Shown piece after piece: positions 1-12,651 of a stretch of DNA of 64,000 nt. Source of the stretch: an uncultured Actinomycetota bacterium (GTDB lineage: Bacteria; Actinomycetota; Actinomycetes; JAFAQI01). Numbering within the stretch: the stretch's first letter is position 1; each line of letters begins with the position of its first letter. Location of the stretch: NCBI GenBank assembly GCA_963770565.1, contig CAVYQE010000008.1:64001-128000 (forward strand), written 5' to 3'. The position numbers and the translations under genes were made by a program. The notes beneath the pieces are model-generated. The model had not been told where the DNA came from, searched no databases, and saw only the letters and a list, made by a program, of their open reading frames with translations.

Positions 1-1839
<1,839 letters not shown>

Positions 1840-1840
<1 letters not shown>

Positions 1841-2625
1841 TGGCCGGGCGCACCCCGCTGATGGCGGGCAACTGGAAGATGAACCTCACCCACCTCGAGG
1901 CGATCGCGCTGGTCCAGAAGCTGGCCTTCTCCTTTACCGACAAGGACTACGACGGGTGCGACGTGGTCGTCCTGCCCCCGTTCACCGACATCCGCAGCGT
2001 CCAGACCATGGTGGACGGCGACCACCTGCGGATCCGCTACGGCGCCCAGGACCTCTCGCCGTACGACGCCGGTGCCTACACCGGGGACATCAGCGGCGTG
2101 ATGCTCGCGAAGCTGGGTTGCTCCTACGTCGTGATCGGGCACTCCGAGCGGCGCGAGCACCATGCCGAGACCGACGACGTCGTGAACGCGAAGGTCCGGG
2201 CCGCCTATCGCAACGGCCTGACCCCGATCCTGTGCGTCGGCGAGTCCCTCGACGTTCGCCAGGCGGGCAACCAGGTCGCCCACACCACGGCTCAGCTCAC
2301 CGCCGCGCTCCGCGACGTCACCGCGGCGCAGGCCGGTTCGATCGTGGTCGCCTACGAGCCGATCTGGGCGATCGGCACCGGCGAAGTGGCGACCCCGGCC
2401 GACGCCCAGGAGGTCTGCGGGCGGTTGCGGGCAACTCTTGCCGGTTTGTACACCGATGCGGTCGCACGCGCGGTTCGGGTCCTCTACGGCGGGTCGGTGA
2501 AGGGCGACAACATTGCAGGAATCATGGCCGAGCCGGATGTAGACGGCGCACTTGTCGGCGGGGCCAGCCTCGCACCGGAAGATTTTGTCCGGATCGTGCG
2601 ATTCGACACGCAGTCTTCCGCTTGA
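1840..2625 (+). CDS. tpiA: Triosephosphate isomerase
   Basis: [37 protein letters not shown]; TGATG coupling to pgk. Confidence 0.98.
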
Positions 2626-2751
2626 CACCCGGATAACGGCGCGATCACGATTGGGCCGCGCGATGCGCACAATGCTTCCAGAACACCGGTAGTACGCCTT
2701 AGAGTCGCCCCGCCGGGACGCTGCCCGGTGAGTCGAACGGAAAGGGGTTCG

Positions 2752-3762
2752 ATGACGGCTCCGCTTGATATTGCCGGCGACGTCGCCGAAGCTCACGCAC
2801 CGACCTCGGTGGATGGTGTACCCGCGAAGGCGATCGAAGGCCGATCACTCGGCCAGATCGCCTGGATGCGATTCAAGCGGGACAAGGTTGCTCTGGCAAG
2901 CATCGGTGTGCTCGTCTTACTCGTCGCGTTCACCCTGATGGCGCCGCTGATCAACCATTGGGTCGGGGTCAACCCGTTCAGCGACAACGTCGCGATTCTG
3001 AACTTCAACACCGGCATCGGAACTCCGACCGGCCACCTGGGTGGGATCAGCCTGGCCCACCCATTCGGGGTCGAGCCGATCAACGGTCGCGACCTGCTCG
3101 CCCGGGTCGATATCGGTGCGCGCTACTCACTGATCATTGCGTTCGCCTCGACGCTGTTGTCCGTCGTGATCGGCACCTTCTTCGGCGCGATTGCCGGCTT
3201 CTTCGGCGGCGCGGTCGACACCGGGATCAGCCGCGTCATGGACATCCTGCTGGCCTTCCCGCAGCTGATCTTCGCAATCGCGATCGCCGCCGTGATCGAG
3301 ACCACGCCCTCCGGCGGCGGCCTTTGGACCCACATCCTGCTACTGATCGGCATCATCGGCTTCTTCAGTTCGCCGTACTTCGGCCGGATTATCCGCGGCC
3401 AGGTCATCTCGCTGCGCGAGAAGGAGTTCGTCGACGCCGCGCGGGGGATCGGGGCCCGAAGCGGCTACATCATGTTCCGCGAACTGCTGCCCAACATGTA
3501 CGGCCCGATCCTGGTCTACTCCACGCTGATTATCCCGACCAACATCCTGTTCGAGGCCGCGCTGTCCTATCTCGGTGTCGGGATCCCGCTCCCCACGCCG
3601 TCCTGGGGCAACATGCTCTCGGACGCAACCGGAAGCAACATCTATCAGATCGACCCGATGTTCGCGATCATTCCCGGCCTGGCCATCTTCATCACGGTCA
3701 TGGCTTTCAACCTGTTCGGAGATGGGCTGCGGGACGCCCTTGATCCACGGAGCAACCGCTGA
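2752..3762 (+). CDS. Peptide ABC transporter permease (DppC/OppC family)
   Basis: HPFGVEPINGRDLLARV, EKEFVDAARGIGA EAA loop, FNLFGDGLRDALDP; GGAAAGGGG RBS before ATG 2752. Confidence 0.93.
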   Translation: MTAPLDIAGDVAEAHAPTSVDGVPAKAIEGRSLGQIAWMRFKRDKVALASIGVLVLLVAFTLMAPLINHWVGVNPFSDNVAILNFNTGIGTPTGHLGGISLAHPFGVEPINGRDLLARVDIGARYSLIIAFASTLLSVVIGTFFGAIAGFFGGAVDTGISRVMDILLAFPQLIFAIAIAAVIETTPSGGGLWTHILLLIGIIGFFSSPYFGRIIRGQVISLREKEFVDAARGIGARSGYIMFRELLPNMYGPILVYSTLIIPTNILFEAALSYLGVGIPLPTPSWGNMLSDATGSNIYQIDPMFAIIPGLAIFITVMAFNLFGDGLRDALDPRSNR

Positions 3763-3844
3763 GCGTCACGAGCGCTTGAGGCGGTCACCACTGGTCCGAC
3801 GATGAGCGTCGAACCTGTTTACAAGGAAGGAACCGCGACCGGAT

Positions 3845-5686
3845 ATGCCTGGTAAATCCTGGGTGCTTCGAGGAGGAGTCGCCATAGCGGCACTCGCCCT
3901 CGGCGCCACCGCCTGCGGCAGTAGCAGCAGCGGTGGCAACAACAACACCCCATCCAACTCGCCCGCTCCGTCGTCGACGGCGGCCGCCATCCAGGGCAAT
4001 GCCCAGGGCACCGGCGGCGGCTTTGCTGCCTCGACACCGATGAACGCGTCGACGGCCAAGGGTGGCACGATGAACGTCGGCGTGGCTGGCGACGTCGACT
4101 ACATGGACCCGGGGCGGACCTACTACGCGTTCAGCTGGGACATTCACCAGCTGTTCAGCCGGACCCTGTTGACCTTCCCGGACGGCATCGGCTCGCAGGC
4201 CCTTCAGCCGACCGGAGACATCGCGACCGGCCCGGCGACGCCGACCAACGGTGACAAGACCTGGTCCTACACCCTGAAGTCGGGGATCAAGTTCCAGGAC
4301 GGCACCCCGGTGACGTCGAAGACGATCAAGTATGCGATCGAGCGGACGTTCGCGACCAGCGTGATCAACGGTGGTCCGACCTACTTCGCGACGTTCCTGT
4401 GCCCGGGCGGCGAGACCGCCTCGGGTGCCTGCACGTCGTACGGCGGCCCGTACACGAACAAGGCCGCGGTTTATGGCCTGTCCACGATCAAGACCCCGAG
4501 TGCGAACAAGATCGTGTTCGACCTGAACCAGCCGTTCTCGGAGTGGAACTACGTCATGACGTTGTTCGGCACCTCTCCGGTCGAGGTCAGTATTGACCAG
4601 AACCCGAAGACCGGTGGCGCGAACTACAACAACAACGTGCAGGCAACTGGTCCGTACAAGGTCGCGTCGTACGTGCCGAACAAGCACATCGACCTGGTCC
4701 GCAACCCGGCGTACAACCCGGCGACCGACAACACCCGTCCGGCCCTGCCGAACAAGATCAACATCACCACGAGCTTCGACTCGGTGACGTTGGACAACGA
4801 CATCGTTGCCAACACCGCGGACCTCGACATCGGTGGCACCGGCGTGCAGCCGGCCACCCAGGCCAAGATCCTGCAGACCTCATCGCTGAAGGCTCGGGCG
4901 CTCGACCCGATCACCGGGTTCACGCGCTACATCGCGATCCTGTCCGAGAGCCCGCCGTTCAACAACATTCACTGCCGGCAGGCGGTCGAATGGGCGATGA
5001 ACAAGAAGGAGCAGCAGGACGCGCGCGGTGGCATCTATGGTGGTGCGATCGCGAGCACCCTCGGGCCGCCGACGCTGGCCGGCTGGAAGAACTTCAACGA
5101 GTACCCGGGTACTGAGAACGGCCCGGATATCGCCAAGGCCAAGGCGGCGCTGACCGCGTGCGGCAAGCCGAACGGCTTCCACACCACGATCGTCACAACC
5201 AACCAGGGCAAGGGTCCGCAGCAGGCGCAGTTCCTGCAGAACGACCTGAAGGCCGTTGGCATCACCGCGAACATCAAGGAATTCGACCCGGCGACGTACT
5301 ACTCGTCGGTGGTTGGTGTTCCGGCGAACATCAAGAAGGACGGTTACGGCCTGGCGTTCGCAGGCTGGGGCCCGGACTGGCCGGCACCTTACGGGTTCTT
5401 CGAGAACATCGTCGACCCGCGCAAGATCCTGGCTCAGGGCAACAGCAACTACGGCGCGTGCAAGGACCCGAAGATCACCTCGCTGATTCAGCAGGCACTC
5501 TCGCAGACCAGCCCGGCTGCTGAGTACCCGTTCTGGCAGCAGGTGGACGAGACGGTTCTGAAGGACGCATGTGACGCACCGTTCACCTACGACAAGGCGC
5601 TCGACCTCTTCAGCAGCCGGTTGAAGAACGTCTACATCGAGCCCCAGTTCGGCATCGTGGATCTCCGGACCCTCGGCGTCGCATAA
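3845..5686 (+). CDS. Peptide ABC transporter substrate-binding lipoprotein (family 5, DppA/BldKB-like)
   Basis: Lipobox ATAC, DVDYMDPGRTY, YTLKSGIKFQDGTPVT, ATGPYK, WGPDWP. Confidence 0.93.
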   Translation: MPGKSWVLRGGVAIAALALGATACGSSSSGGNNNTPSNSPAPSSTAAAIQGNAQGTGGGFAASTPMNASTAKGGTMNVGVAGDVDYMDPGRTYYAFSWDIHQLFSRTLLTFPDGIGSQALQPTGDIATGPATPTNGDKTWSYTLKSGIKFQDGTPVTSKTIKYAIERTFATSVINGGPTYFATFLCPGGETASGACTSYGGPYTNKAAVYGLSTIKTPSANKIVFDLNQPFSEWNYVMTLFGTSPVEVSIDQNPKTGGANYNNNVQATGPYKVASYVPNKHIDLVRNPAYNPATDNTRPALPNKINITTSFDSVTLDNDIVANTADLDIGGTGVQPATQAKILQTSSLKARALDPITGFTRYIAILSESPPFNNIHCRQAVEWAMNKKEQQDARGGIYGGAIASTLGPPTLAGWKNFNEYPGTENGPDIAKAKAALTACGKPNGFHTTIVTTNQGKGPQQAQFLQNDLKAVGITANIKEFDPATYYSSVVGVPANIKKDGYGLAFAGWGPDWPAPYGFFENIVDPRKILAQGNSNYGACKDPKITSLIQQALSQTSPAAEYPFWQQVDETVLKDACDAPFTYDKALDLFSSRLKNVYIEPQFGIVDLRTLGVA

Positions 5687-5703
5687 CTGCACAACGATCG
5701 TTG

Positions 5704-5733
5704 CGCGGGGTCGGCCTTCGGGCCGGCCCCGCG
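5704..5733 (+). terminator. 13-bp GC-rich hairpin with cUUCGg loop after the SBP gene (mRNA stabiliser or partial terminator)
   Basis: CGCGGGGTCGGCC-TTCG-GGCCGGCCCCGCG with one G:U pair and no U-tract. Confidence 0.65.
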
Positions 5734-5787
5734 GAACGCATCACAGCACCAGTTTGATCGTGGAGCCTCAGAGCTGAGGGACTTGCC

Positions 5788-6798
5788 GTGATTCGCTTCC
5801 TGATCCGTCGCTTCGTCGGCGGCGTGATCGTGCTGATCGTCATCTCGATCATCACGTTCTGGCTCTTCTACGCCCTCCCCAAGCTCCTGCACTCCAACCC
5901 GGCCGCGTTGTACGCCGGCCGCAGCCCGAGCCCCGCCACGATCGCGGCGGTGTCGCAAAAGCTCGGCCTCGACAAGCCGTTCTGGACCCAGTACTGGGAC
6001 TTCATAAAGGGCATCTTCGTCGGCCGCACCTTCGGGACCGGCGTGGCCGCGGACGTCTGCCATCGTCCATGCCTCGGCTTCTCGTTCATCAACAACGAGC
6101 CGGTATGGGGCGAGATCACCTCTGACCTGCCCGTCGACATCTCGCTGGCGATCGGCGCATCGATCATCTGGCTGACGACCGGCGTCGCGACCGGCGTCGT
6201 GTCCGCCCTGCGCAGCGGCACGATCTTCGACCGCACCGCCATGACGGTCGCGCTGGCCGGTGTCTCACTCCCGATCTACTTCACCGGGCTGCTCTCGCTG
6301 GCGATCTTCAGCTACGGACCGCACTGGCTGCAGATCTTCCCCAACGTGCACTTCGTCGGCTTCACCGAGAGCCCGATCTCCTGGGCCCGTAACCTTGTGC
6401 TGCCCTGGGTCTGCCTTGCCTTCTTGTATGCGGCGCTCTATGCCCGGCTGACCCGCTCAACCATGCTCGAAACGATGTCGGAGGACTTCGTCCGAACCGC
6501 GCGGGCCAAGGGCCTGCCCGAGCGAACCGTCATCTTCCGGCACGGACTGCGTTCGGCGATCACGCCAATCGTCACGATCTTCGGTCTCGACGTCGGCCTG
6601 CTGCTCGGCGGCGCGGTACTGACCGAACAGGTTTTCGGCTTCGTCGGCATCGGCAAGCTGGCGATCATCTCGATCGGCGACCGCGACCTGCCGGTCGTGC
6701 TCGGTGTCACGCTGTTTGCTGCGTTCTTCGTGGTAGTTGCCAATATCATCGTCGACGTGGCGTATGCCTACGTCGACCCGAGGGTTACCTACTCCTGA
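5788..6798 (+). CDS. Peptide ABC transporter permease (DppB/OppB family)
   Basis: LGLDKPFWTQY, EDFVRTARAKGL, YAYVDPRV. Confidence 0.94.
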   Translation: MIRFLIRRFVGGVIVLIVISIITFWLFYALPKLLHSNPAALYAGRSPSPATIAAVSQKLGLDKPFWTQYWDFIKGIFVGRTFGTGVAADVCHRPCLGFSFINNEPVWGEITSDLPVDISLAIGASIIWLTTGVATGVVSALRSGTIFDRTAMTVALAGVSLPIYFTGLLSLAIFSYGPHWLQIFPNVHFVGFTESPISWARNLVLPWVCLAFLYAALYARLTRSTMLETMSEDFVRTARAKGLPERTVIFRHGLRSAITPIVTIFGLDVGLLLGGAVLTEQVFGFVGIGKLAIISIGDRDLPVVLGVTLFAAFFVVVANIIVDVAYAYVDPRVTYS

Positions 6799-6810
6799 GC
6801 GAGGCGCGCG

Positions 6811-7896
6811 ATCACTTCACAATCAGCGGCTCACCCCGAGCCCGCCGTCCCTGACGTCCAGGCGGTCGTCGGTCACCCGACCGCGTTCCTCGACGTCCGC
6901 GACCTGCACATCCACTTCCCGACCGATGACGGGTTGGTGAAGGCGGTCGACGGTCTGTCGTTCACCCTCGAGCGCGGCAAGACCCTGGGCATCGTCGGTG
7001 AGTCCGGCTCCGGCAAGAGCGTGACCAGCTTGGGAATCCTCGGCCTGCACAACCGCCGCAACGCGCGGGTGTCCGGCGAGATCTGGGTCGACGGCAAGGA
7101 GCTGGTGGCCGCCGACCCCGAGGACGTCCGCAAGATGCGCGGGTCGACGATGGCGATGATCTTCCAGGACCCGCTATCGGCCATGCACCCGTACTACAAG
7201 GTGGGCACCCAGATCGCCGAGGCCTACCGCGTGCACCACAAGGTGTCCCGGTCGGTGGCCAAGGCGCGCGCGATCGAGCTGCTCGATCTGGTCGGGATCC
7301 CGGAGCCGAGCCGTCGGGTCGACGCCTACCCGCACCAGTTCTCCGGCGGTATGCGGCAGCGCGCGATGATCGCGATGGCGCTGTCGTGCAACCCGTCGCT
7401 GCTGATCGCGGACGAGCCGACCACGGCACTCGACGTCACGGTCCAGGCCCAGATCCTCGACCTGATGCGTGACCTGCAGAAGGAGTTCAACTCCGCGATC
7501 ATCATCATCACCCACGACCTCGGAGTCGTGGCCGAGCTCGCGGACGACGTCCTGGTCATGTACGCCGGGCAGGCCGTGGAGTACGGCAGCGTTTCGGACA
7601 TCTTCTACCAGCCCGAGCACCCCTACACCTGGGGCCTGCTCGGATCGGTGACCCGGCTCGACCGGACCGGGGTCGAGCGCCTTCAGCCGATTCCGGGCAA
7701 CCCGCCGTCGCTGATCAACGTCCCGTCCGGCTGCCCGTTCCATCCACGCTGCAAGTACGCCGAGCTTAACGGGGGCAAGGAGCGCGAGGTGCGACCGAAG
7801 CTGACTGAGAGCGCGCCCGGCCACTTCGTGGCGTGCCACCTGTCGGTGGAGAAACGGCGCGAGATCTTCAACTCAGAGGTGGCGACCCTCCTATGA
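6811..7896 (+). CDS. Peptide ABC transporter ATP-binding protein (DppD/OppD)
   Basis: [37 protein letters not shown]. Conserved N-terminal FLDVRDL lies upstream of the first TTG/GTG (6934), so start placed tentatively at ATC 6811. Confidence 0.9.
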   Translation: MTSQSAAHPEPAVPDVQAVVGHPTAFLDVRDLHIHFPTDDGLVKAVDGLSFTLERGKTLGIVGESGSGKSVTSLGILGLHNRRNARVSGEIWVDGKELVAADPEDVRKMRGSTMAMIFQDPLSAMHPYYKVGTQIAEAYRVHHKVSRSVAKARAIELLDLVGIPEPSRRVDAYPHQFSGGMRQRAMIAMALSCNPSLLIADEPTTALDVTVQAQILDLMRDLQKEFNSAIIIITHDLGVVAELADDVLVMYAGQAVEYGSVSDIFYQPEHPYTWGLLGSVTRLDRTGVERLQPIPGNPPSLINVPSGCPFHPRCKYAELNGGKEREVRPKLTESAPGHFVACHLSVEKRREIFNSEVATLL

Positions 7897-8972
7897 GCGA
7901 GATGACCAACGGGGAGTCAGGAGCGGCTGCTTCGGCCCCAGCCGATGGCACCGCCTCGGCTGTCGCCAGCCCGCGTCGAAAAGGCGAGGTGCTGCTCGAC
8001 GTCAACGGCCTCGAGAAGCACTTCCCGGTCACCCGTGGCATCTTCATCCGGCGCAAGATCGGTGCGGTGAAGGCGGTCGACGGCCTGACGTTCAGCGTCA
8101 ACAAGGGCGAGACGCTCGGGGTCGTCGGTGAGACCGGCTGTGGCAAGTCGACCACCGGGCGGATGCTCAGCCGACTGCTCGAGCCGACCGGCGGCAACAT
8201 CATCTACGACGGCATCGACATCACCCACGCGAGCACCCGCAGGATGCGCCCGCTCCGCCGCCAGATCCAGATGATCTTCCAGGACCCGTACTCCTCGCTG
8301 AACCCGCGGCACACCGTCGGCGCGATCATCAGTGCGCCACTGGAGATCCAGAACGTCAAGAGCGAGAACGGCACGAAGCGCGCGGTCCAGGACCTGATGG
8401 AGCTCGTCGGCCTTAACCCCGAGCACTACAACCGGTACCCGCACGAGTTCTCCGGCGGCCAGCGTCAGCGGATCGGTGTCGCCCGCGCGCTCGCGCTTCG
8501 TCCGCGGATGATCATCGCCGACGAGCCGGTGTCCGCCCTCGACGTGTCGATCCAAGCCCAGGTCGTGAACCTGCTCTCGGACCTGCAGAAGGAGTTCGAG
8601 CTCACCTACGTCTTCATCGCCCACGACCTTTCCGTGGTTCGTCACATCTCGGATCGGGTGGCGGTCATGTATCTCGGCAAGATCGTCGAGATGGCCAGCG
8701 ACACCGACCTCTACGAGCACCCGCTGCACCCCTACACCCACGCGTTGCTGTCCGCCGTGCCGGTGCCCGACCCCAAACGGGAAAGGGAGCGTGAGCGGAT
8801 CCTGCTCAAGGGGGATGTGCCGAGCCCGCTCAACCCGCCGGCCGCCTGCCGCTTCCACACCCGTTGTTGGAAGGTGCAGGACGTTTGCCGTACCGTGGAA
8901 CCGCTGCTGGTCGAGCTCCAGCCCGGCCACCAAGTGGCGTGTCATTTCCCGGAAGAAAGGGCGCTGCTCTGA
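7893..8972 (+). CDS. Peptide ABC transporter ATP-binding protein (DppF/OppF)
   Basis: [34 protein letters not shown]; ATGA overlap with the previous gene. Confidence 0.94.
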   Translation: MSEMTNGESGAAASAPADGTASAVASPRRKGEVLLDVNGLEKHFPVTRGIFIRRKIGAVKAVDGLTFSVNKGETLGVVGETGCGKSTTGRMLSRLLEPTGGNIIYDGIDITHASTRRMRPLRRQIQMIFQDPYSSLNPRHTVGAIISAPLEIQNVKSENGTKRAVQDLMELVGLNPEHYNRYPHEFSGGQRQRIGVARALALRPRMIIADEPVSALDVSIQAQVVNLLSDLQKEFELTYVFIAHDLSVVRHISDRVAVMYLGKIVEMASDTDLYEHPLHPYTHALLSAVPVPDPKRERERERILLKGDVPSPLNPPAACRFHTRCWKVQDVCRTVEPLLVELQPGHQVACHFPEERALL

Positions 8973-9199
8973 TGACCGCGGTGTTGTCGATCGTGCTCAT
9001 CATCGTCAGCCTGCTGCTCGTCTTGCTCGTGCTGTTGCACCGCGGCAAGGGCGGTGGCCTGTCCGATCTGTTCGGCGGCGGCGTGTCCTCGACCCTGTCC
9101 GGATCCTCGGTCGTGGAGAAGAACCTCGACCGGCTCACCATCATCTGCGGCGTCATCTGGGCTGGCTGCGTCATCGGTATCGGTTTGCTCCTGAAGTAG
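8972..9199 (+). CDS. secG: Preprotein translocase subunit SecG
   Basis: LLHRGKGGGLSDLFGGGVSSTLSGSSVVEKNLDRLT is the actinobacterial SecG signature; two TM segments. Confidence 0.96.
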   Translation: MTAVLSIVLIIVSLLLVLLVLLHRGKGGGLSDLFGGGVSSTLSGSSVVEKNLDRLTIICGVIWAGCVIGIGLLLK

Positions 9200-9201
9200 A
9201 G

Positions 9202-9338
9202 CGCCGCCCAGGCGGCGATCGGCTGCGTTCTCGGTCGCTTGCGTGCTACCGCACGCGGCGCTCCCTGCGGCCTTGGCATCCCACGCCTCAACGGCGGGAC
9301 CTCCCCGGGGAACCACTTGGGGCTCGAACCCAAGGTTC
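9202..9338. other. Structured intergenic element between convergent secG and pgl
   Basis: Hairpins CGCCGC-CCAG-GCGGCG, GCGTGC-TACC-GCACGC and CTTGGG-GCTCGAA-CCCAAG. Confidence 0.45.
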
Positions 9339-9351
9339 ATGAATGGGGCGT

Positions 9352-10131
9352 TTAGGGGCTTGCGGGGCGGGCCAACTCGCCGGGGAGGCGACTTGCCGCC
9401 GCGCGATCGAGCAACCATCGGGTCGCCACCCGGCCGTGGACGCCGGCGGCCGGGATCGCGGTCGCGCCGGCACCCGACAGCGCCATCCGGGCGGCGGCGG
9501 CTTTCTCCTCGCCGGCCGCGAGCAACCAGACCTCGCGGGCGGTGTTGATCGTGGCGAGTGACAGCGACAGCCGGGTCGGCGGTGGCTTCGGCGCACCGCG
9601 GACCGGGATCACCGAGCGGTCGTCGTACAACGCGGGCGCCTCCGGGAAGAGCGAGGCGACATGGCCGTCCGGTCCGACGCCGAGCAGCAAAAGGTCGAAG
9701 CTGGGGGTGGCGGCGTGGTCCTCGGGGGTAGCCGCGGCCGCGAGCTCCGCGGCGTAGCGCTCGGCCGCGGCGTCGAGGTCGTCACCACCGGCGTCGTCGC
9801 TGGCCGGCATCGGGTGGATCCGGGCCGGGTCGACGTCGATCGTGTCGAGTAGCGCCTCCCTGGCCTGGGTCTCGTTGCGCTCAGGGTGGCCCTTGGGCAG
9901 ATAACGCTCGTCGCCCCACCACACCGTGAGCCGCGGCCAGTCGATCGCGAACCGGGCCGGCGACTGGGCCAGCTCGCGCAGCGTCGCGCCGCCGATCCCG
10001 CCGCCGGTGAGCACGATGCTGGCCTCGCTGCGGGCCGCCTGTGCGTCGACGATCACGGTGATGATCCGGGCCGCCACCGCTTGGGCGAGCAGGGTGGCAT
10101 CCCGGTGCACGACGACGAGCGGTGTGGTCAT
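9352..10131 (-). CDS. pgl: 6-phosphogluconolactonase
   Basis: LTGGGIG, WWGDERY, LLGVGPDGHVASLFP, PKPPPTRLS; position in the PPP operon. Confidence 0.96.
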   Translation of the reverse strand: MTTPLVVVHRDATLLAQAVAARIITVIVDAQAARSEASIVLTGGGIGGATLRELAQSPARFAIDWPRLTVWWGDERYLPKGHPERNETQAREALLDTIDVDPARIHPMPASDDAGGDDLDAAAERYAAELAAAATPEDHAATPSFDLLLLGVGPDGHVASLFPEAPALYDDRSVIPVRGAPKPPPTRLSLSLATINTAREVWLLAAGEEKAAAARMALSGAGATAIPAAGVHGRVATRWLLDRAAASRLPGELARPASP

Positions 10132-11110
10132 GACGGCGCCAGTGCCGGGTCGCGCCAGACCAGCACCCGGTTGCTGGGCTCCTGGTTGACCGTCACGCCG
10201 GTGGCCGCCGCCAATGCCTCGGCGTAGACCGGATCGGGGTCCATCCGCCGCAGCTCCTCCGCCAGTAGGTCACCAAGCCCGCGTCGAGGCAGTGGCAGCG
10301 CTCGTGGCGACTCGTCGCCGCGGGTCAGGGTGGCGGAGCGCCCGTCGGGCCGCTCGATCGTGACGACGTACGGCGTTGCGTCGTCGGCCCGGGTGTCGAT
10401 CGACGCCGAGGTGATCCCCGGACCGCCGGAGGTGTCCAGGGCCGAGTCGACGTTGAGCCGGCAGCCGAGCCAGCCGCTGAGCAGTGCCGCGCTCGGGTTG
10501 GCCGCCTCGGCACTGACCCGCGCGCCGGTCGGTGCTGCGGTTACTCCGTCGAGCGCCGACGCCAGCAGCGACCGCCACGGTGTGGCTCGGGTCCAGGCCA
10601 GGTCGGTGTCCCCGATCAGGAAGTCGCTCGCGCGCAGCCGCAGGGCCGCCATCGGGTCGGGGTCCTGAGCGCAGTCGGTCACCCGGCGGTTGGCCAGCAC
10701 GCCGAGTGCGTCCGTCGCGATCTCGTTCGGGGGGCGGCGCCGTGCCACCAGGTCACCACGGGCGCATCCGGTGCCAGCAGCGGCAGCACGATCGACTCGG
10801 CGTGCAGGCCGAGCCGGCCGTACATCCGCATCACGATCGCCTCGGTCGAGCCGAGCCGGCCGCCGACCTGGACCTCGGCATCGAGCCGGATCGCCGCGTC
10901 GACCTCATGGCGCACCACGATGATGACCCGGCATGGATGCGCGGCCGCGGCGATCGTGGCGGCGTCCTCCGCCTCGCGAACCCGTTTCTCGTCCACCACG
11001 ACGACCAACGTCAGCGCGAGCCCGGACGCGAGGGCGCCGGCCGCGCGCCGTTCGGCGAGCAGTGCCCGCACGATGTCGCCGCCGGTCGTGTCCCACAAGG
11101 TGGTCGCCAT
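10128..11110 (-). CDS. opcA: G6PDH assembly protein OpcA (one frameshift near 10735-10740, probably a sequencing error)
   Basis: N-part MATTLWDTTG...LLAPDAPVVTWWHG and C-part RRVTD...GDTDLAWTR...LAEELRRMDPDPVYAEAL in different frames. Confidence 0.88.
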
Positions 11111-12651
11111 CAGGGACGCCTCCAGACCCGGCCGTCGCGCGCCAGCATGTCGACCGCGCCGCGCGGCCCCCACTCGCCGGCGCGATACTTCTCCGGTGAC
11201 TTGTCGGCCCAGAACTCCTCGAGCGGGTCGATGACCCGCCAGGAGGCGTCGACCTCCTGCGTTGCGCGGGAACAGGGTCGCATCGCCGAGCAGGACGTCG
11301 AGGATCAGCCGCTCGTAGGCCTCCGGGCGAGGACTCGGTGAAGGCTTCGCCGTACAGGAAGTCCATCGAGACGTCGCGGACCTCCATCGCCGATGCCCGG
11401 GCACCTTCGAGCCGAATCGCAGGGTCACCCCTTCGTCCGGCTGGACCCGGACGACGAGCTGGTTGTGCCCGAGCTCGACGGTGTCGGTCGCGTCGAACGG
11501 CAGGTGCGGCGCCCGGTTGAACATCGACCGCGATCTCGGTCACCCGCCGGGGGAGCCGCTTACCGGTGCGCAGGTAGAACGGCACGCCGGCCCAGCGTCG
11601 GGTCTCCACGCCGAACCGGACCGCGGCGTACGTCTCGGTGCGCGAGTCCTTCGGGATGTCCTTCTCGTCGAGGTACGCCGGCACTCGCTCGCCGGCCAGC
11701 CAGCCCTGGTCGTACTGCCCCCGTACGGCGTAGCGCGCGAGGTCGTCCGGCAACGAAATTGCGTTGAGAACCTTCAGCTTCTCGGTCCGGATCGCCTCGG
11801 CGTCGAAGGAGACCGGCTCTTCCATCGCGGTGAGCGCGAGCAGCTGGAGCAGGTGGTTTTGCAGAACGTCGCGAGCCGCGCCGGCCGAGTCGTAGAACGC
11901 GGCGCGTCCGCCGATGCCGACGTCCTCGGCCATCGTGATCTGGACCGAGTCGACGTAGTGGGCGTTCCAGATCGGCTCGAACAGCGTGTTGGCGAACCGC
12001 AGCGCCAGCATGTTCTGGATCGTTTCCTTGCCCAGGTAGTGGTCGATCCGGAAGACGTTCTCGGCGTTGAAGACCTCGTCGACGAGTGAGTTCAGCTCGC
12101 GTGCGGACTCGAGGTCGTGGCCGAACGGCTTCTCGACCACGACCCGGCGCCACCCGCCGCTCTTGGCGTTGTCGGCCATCCCGGTGCGCTGCATCTGCTT
12201 CAGCACGACCGGGAAGGCGGCCGGCGGGATCGACAGGTAGAACGCCGCGTTGCCCTGGATCCCGTGCGTGGTCTCGAGGTCGATGAGGCTCTGCGCGAGC
12301 TGGTCGAACGCGCCGTCGTCGTCGAACGCGCCCGGCAGGAACTGCAATGACGTCGGCCACCCGCTTCCACACGTCGTCGCGGAACTCGGTGCGGCAGTAC
12401 TGCTGCGCCGACTCCCGTGCAAGGGACTCGAAGTCGCCGACGTCCCAGTCGCGGCGGGCGAAACCGAGCAGCACGAAGCCGGGCGGCAGCAGCCCGCGGT
12501 TGGACAGGTCGTAGATCGCGGGGATCAGCTTCTTGCGGGCCAGGTCACCGGTGACGCCGAAGACGACGATCGCGCACGGTCCCGGAACGCGCGGCAGCCG
12601 GCGGTCGCGGGGATCGCGCAGCGGGTTGCCCGGCGCGCCGGAGATGATCAT
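11110..12651 (-). CDS. zwf: Glucose-6-phosphate 1-dehydrogenase (about 5 frameshifts, probably sequencing errors)
   Basis: NPLRDPRDRRLPR, FGVTGDLARKK, RIDHYLGKE, RWAGVPFYLRTGK, EAYERLILD spread over three frames. Confidence 0.9.

Noticed and set aside
6796-6798. Selenocysteine recoding of the in-frame TGA between dppB and dppD
   Set aside because: The position is the normal DppB C-terminus, not a redox site, and no SECIS-like hairpin is evident.
9305-9340. tRNA on the minus strand (GGTTCGAGCCCC T-arm-like) or c-di-AMP riboswitch (GGGGAACC...TTGGGG)
   Set aside because: No D-arm, anticodon arm or acceptor stem; the 3' riboswitch motif is missing and the site is downstream of two convergent genes.
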